NCBI GenBank assembly: GCA_964236955.1
Contig: CAXSGP010000021.1
Location: 1 to 54,026, forward strand
Length of the DNA: 54,026 bases
Direction of reading: 5' to 3'
Origin: an uncultured Oligoflexus sp.
GTDB taxonomy: Bacteria; Bdellovibrionota_B; Oligoflexia; Oligoflexales; Oligoflexaceae
Shown here: in pieces, positions 50,815 to 54,026 of the stretch
Layout: each line of letters opens with the position of its first letter
Position numbering within the stretch: the first letter of the stretch is position 1
Translations under genes and position numbers: made by a program
The notes under the pieces: generated by a model
Databases searched by the model: none
What the model was told of the DNA's origin: nothing
Seen by the model: only the letters and a program-made list of their open reading frames with translations

Positions 50815-50976
50815 TGACAAGGCCGTAGAGCTTAGCCTCTGGCATTCTCTACGGCCATGATCTTTTTCGCCCTGCTTATCGGATTGACATCATGGGGAAC
50901 TCCTTTCTTACACGATTCAAAGCCACCCCTTAAAATACGAAACCTTTTCTCCAAGCATACCCTTGAAGAGCCCGGG

Positions 50977-51897
50977 CTAAATCGCTTTGGCCAAGGACCA
51001 GGCTTTTGCCAGCTGGGCACCAACTTTCGCATTGTTCTTTACCAGAGCGATATTGGCGATCAGACTTTGGCCATCTGTTCGCTCGACGATATTCTTCAGA
51101 AGAAAGGGCGTGATGTCTTTACCTCTCAGCCCTTTCGCTTCCGCTTCAGCAAGGGCTTCCTTGATGACTTTATCAATAAAATTTTCATCGAGGGCATCAG
51201 CGGCAGGAATGGGATTCGCCAGAACGATTCCACCCTTGATGTTCATTTTCTCTTTGATAAGCATGATCTTCGCGATGGCCCCCAGATCATCACAGCGCAG
51301 AAGGACAGGGCAGCCACTGGATCGGGTGAAAAATGCAGGGAATTGATCGGTACCATAGCCCAGCACTGGAACTCCCCCCGTCTCAAGAACCTCAAGGGTT
51401 TTTGGAATATCCAAAATCGATTTAACCCCGGCGCAGACGACGGTTACATCGGTTTGCATAAGTTCAGTGAGATCGGCGGAAATATCCCAGCTTTTGTCCA
51501 CCCCGCGATGCACGCCGCCCAAACCCCCGGTGACGAAGACTTTTATCCCGGCCCAGGCCGCGACTATCATAGTGCCCGCGACCGTCGTTGCGCCGTCTTT
51601 TTGCTGAGCGATAATAAGAGGGAAATCACGGCGGGAAACCTTCTCCACATGCCTGTTTTGAGCGAAGTTTTCTAAATCAGCAGAACTCAATCCAAGCTTA
51701 ATGCGCCCTTTGATGATGCCTATCGTTGCTGGAACGGCGCCCTCAGCCCGGATAATGGCCTCCACCTCCCGCGCCATCGCCAGGTTCTGCGGATACGGCA
51801 TGCCATGGGAAATAATAGTCGATTCAAGGGCAACGACGGCTGTCCCAGCAGCGATTGCGGCGGAAACCTCCGGGTGAATATCGAGAAAATTTTGCAT
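50977..51897 (-). CDS. psuG: Pseudouridine-5'-phosphate glycosidase
   Basis: VVALESTIISHGMPYPQN, KVSRRD, ATTVAGTM, TGGLGGVHRG, DISADL, GKDITPFLL, NIALVKNN. Confidence 0.95.
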   Translation of the reverse strand: MQNFLDIHPEVSAAIAAGTAVVALESTIISHGMPYPQNLAMAREVEAIIRAEGAVPATIGIIKGRIKLGLSSADLENFAQNRHVEKVSRRDFPLIIAQQKDGATTVAGTMIVAAWAGIKVFVTGGLGGVHRGVDKSWDISADLTELMQTDVTVVCAGVKSILDIPKTLEVLETGGVPVLGYGTDQFPAFFTRSSGCPVLLRCDDLGAIAKIMLIKEKMNIKGGIVLANPIPAADALDENFIDKVIKEALAEAEAKGLRGKDITPFLLKNIVERTDGQSLIANIALVKNNAKVGAQLAKAWSLAKAI

Positions 51898-52053
51898 AGT
51901 CGGATTCCTCAAAATTGAGCGCTAAGCGACTGGAGTAGAAGGTGAACTTATGTCAGTTCAGGGAGGTCTGCAACCGCTTCGGAACTTTGTCTGTAAGATC
52001 ACCGAAACGGGACACACCTAACCGCACGTTGAGACTTAGGCCCAAGGTCCGGC

Positions 52054-53634
52054 TTATAAAAAACTCTCGGCGCTTGATCGGGCCAGGGCTTTAGCAAAGG
52101 ATTGGGGAATATGGCTCTCATTCTTGAGACAGCCTTCGGTGATGTATTCGTAGATTTCTGAATAATTTTTGGTTTCCGACATGTTTACGCGCCTTGCGAT
52201 GTGCCATGGCCTTAATTGTTCGGTGTGCCCCAACGCCATCGATCCTAAAATTCCGGCAATAGCCTCAAGCGTCGCACGATGAAAGTTTTGTACGCGCTTA
52301 TCTTTGTCCTGAGGCACCAGCCCCGCTTCGAGAAAAGGGTCATTGGTGGCGATACCAGTTGGGCAGCGATTGGAATTGCAACGCCGGGCCTGAATACAAC
52401 CAAGGGCAAACATCATGGACCGGGCCATATAAATATGATCGGCGCCCAAAGCCAGCCGCTTGATGGCATCAAAGGCTGTCACCACATGGCCGGCGGAAAA
52501 CAAACTCATCTCCTCACGCAGGCCAAAGCCCACCAGGGCATTATGAGCAAAGATAAGCGATTCGATTCCGGGTGCACCCACGTGATTGGTAAACTCCAGC
52601 GGGGCAGCCCCGGTTCCCCCTTCGCCCCCATCAATGGCAAAGTAGTCGGGGAGTATCCCATATTTATGCATCGCCTTGCAGATCGCTAAAAATTCATGCC
52701 GCTTGCCGATACACAGCTTTATGCCAACGGGTTTACCATCGGAGAGCTCACGCAGCTGCTGAACGAAAAGCAGAAGTTCATAAGGGGTGGAAAAAGCAGA
52801 ATGACCAGGGGGTGAAATCACATCCTTTCCCATCTCCACGGCACGGATATCGGAGATCTCCTGGTTGACCTTTTCTCCTGGTAAAATCCCGCCATGCCCG
52901 GGCTTTGCACCCTGTGATATTTTAATTTCAATCATCTTCACCTCGGGCAGACGGGCCTTTTTCATAAAGGCTTCCGGATTGAATCGTCCGGTCCGGTCCC
53001 GGGCTCCAAAATAGGCGGTGCCGAGTTGCCAAATAAGGTCACCGCCATGTTCAAGATGATAGGGACTGAGACCTCCCTCGCCGGTATTGTGAGCGAAGTT
53101 GCCAAGGCGGGCGCCTGAGTTCAAAGCCCGAATCGCATTTTTTCCGAGCGATCCGTAACTCATGGCACTGATATTGATGAGGCTGGCACTATAGGGTCTC
53201 GTGCACTGCCTCCCCCCGATCTGACTCCGGAGAACCTCCGGCCTGACGGCAATGGGCAATATCGAATGACTGACCCACTCATAGCCAGGCGCATAGACGT
53301 CGACTATAGTTCCAAAGGGCGAGGTATCAAGCTCCTTCTTTGAGCGGGCATAGACGATCGATCGCTCCTCGCGATTAAAGGGCACACCGTTGGTATCGGA
53401 TTCGACGAAGTATTGATTGATCTCAGGCCTTATGCTTTCCATCACATAACGCATCCGGCCAAACAGCGGAAAATTTCGTCTTATTGAATGGGTCAATTGG
53501 AAAAAATCGTAGTAGCCCATCGCATAGAACAGGAGATAAACGCCTAAAACCCAAAGAGCATGGGGAAACGCTAAGACCCATAAAACCCCAAGTGCCAGAA
53601 TTAAATTGGAAACGACCAGAAATTCTTTTCGCAT
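52054..53634 (-). CDS. FMN-binding glutamate synthase family protein (stand-alone FMN domain with N-terminal TM helices)
   Basis: ISAMSYGSL, NTGEGG, EIKISQGAKPGHGG, DGGEGGTGAAP, GCIQARRCNSNRCPTGIAT. Confidence 0.92.
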   Translation of the reverse strand: MRKEFLVVSNLILALGVLWVLAFPHALWVLGVYLLFYAMGYYDFFQLTHSIRRNFPLFGRMRYVMESIRPEINQYFVESDTNGVPFNREERSIVYARSKKELDTSPFGTIVDVYAPGYEWVSHSILPIAVRPEVLRSQIGGRQCTRPYSASLINISAMSYGSLGKNAIRALNSGARLGNFAHNTGEGGLSPYHLEHGGDLIWQLGTAYFGARDRTGRFNPEAFMKKARLPEVKMIEIKISQGAKPGHGGILPGEKVNQEISDIRAVEMGKDVISPPGHSAFSTPYELLLFVQQLRELSDGKPVGIKLCIGKRHEFLAICKAMHKYGILPDYFAIDGGEGGTGAAPLEFTNHVGAPGIESLIFAHNALVGFGLREEMSLFSAGHVVTAFDAIKRLALGADHIYMARSMMFALGCIQARRCNSNRCPTGIATNDPFLEAGLVPQDKDKRVQNFHRATLEAIAGILGSMALGHTEQLRPWHIARRVNMSETKNYSEIYEYITEGCLKNESHIPQSFAKALARSSAESFL

Positions 53635-53937
53635 GCCTGCACTCCGTTTCTATAGATCATCCTGCAAGAAGCTGCGCCTCGCCATCGCTTTCGTCAAGAC
53701 CTTCAGCGCCACTCTTTAAGGATGAGGCTGAAAAATCAGGCATAAAACTGATTCCACCAAAAAAATCGAACGAGCCTCAGCCCAGTCGGAAGGAAGTGGT
53801 ACAGGTAAGCAATGGAATGTTTCGGGGCAGGGCCGCTGAGCTGTGGAGCCGTTCCGGTGGGGAGGACCAGTCTGCAAAGGAATCCATTAAGGTCGAAAGG
53901 CCTTAGGACTTTTCCTATTTATCAAGATTCGTTCATA

Positions 53938-53969
53938 TGAACTACCTCGGCCTAAAGCCCGAGGCTTCC
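53938..53969 (-). mobile_element. IS200/IS605-family-like end hairpin (right-end-like on the minus strand)
   Basis: Minus strand GGAAGCCTCGGGCTTTAGGCCGAGGTAGTTCA resembles the GAAGCC...CTTTAGG...GTAGTTCA right-end pattern of tnpB-carrying elements; recognised by pattern only. Confidence 0.6.
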
Positions 53970-53974
53970 GATAC

Positions 53975-54026
53975 TAGGGGCTGTTGACGTTTGAGATAAG
54001 TGATTGAAAAGTACAGGCAAACTCGT
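53975..54026 (+). mobile_element. Terminus of a probable IS5-family element running off the right edge
   Basis: CTAG followed by GGGCTGTTGACGTTTG, an IS5-like terminal repeat with an identical copy at 7838; any transposase would lie outside the window. Confidence 0.55.

Noticed and set aside
50857..51675. 272-aa plus-strand ORF
   Set aside because: Antisense shadow of the well-supported psuG gene, with no motifs of its own
53820..53832. TTTCGGGGCAGGG resembling the start of an FMN riboswitch near an FMN-enzyme gene
   Set aside because: The following conserved GTGAAATTCCCGACCG segment is absent and the motif is on the strand opposite the gene
1..54026. CRISPR array, rRNA, tRNA, reverse transcriptase, integrase or recognisable anti-phage defence genes
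   Set aside because: I saw no regularly spaced repeat-spacer pattern, no tRNA or rRNA signatures and no such protein motifs by eye; a tRNAscan or Infernal run would be needed to exclude them fully

Overview
Gene-dense bacterial chromosomal window of roughly 50% GC, with about 35 complete CDSs and one partial CDS at the left edge. The gene mix suggests Bdellovibrionota/Oligoflexia, but this is inferred, not shown. The mix includes orphan lipoproteins, REC-TPR and REC-PilZ proteins, RCC1 and DUF1566 surface proteins, a TPR/winged-helix regulator and repeated sigma-28-like promoter motifs. Main contents: a signalling cluster (pseudo-receiver/TPR protein, REC-PilZ, class III cyclase-PilZ fusion), a divergent subtilase, a TonB-dependent receptor downstream of mglBAC, and two hybrid histidine kinases with response regulators. 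Also present are a stalked mono-heme cytochrome c lipoprotein, a stand-alone A-T-TE NRPS-like enzyme, SDR, DUF900, DPP-IV and M48 hydrolases, a deacetylase with a chitin-binding module, a HemF-like oxidase, psuG and an FMN glutamate-synthase-family gene. I saw no rRNA, tRNA, CRISPR array or reverse transcriptase. Best leads: (1) the A-T-TE enzyme lacks the conserved amino-binding Asp; (2) the cyclase-PilZ fusion; (3) an IS200/IS605-type end hairpin abutting an IS5-type end at the right edge, with an identical orphan IS5-type end at 7838; (4) a long-range inverted repeat covering the subtilase RBS; (5) a candidate sigma-28 regulon of surface proteins. All family calls come from motif recognition by eye, not from database searches.
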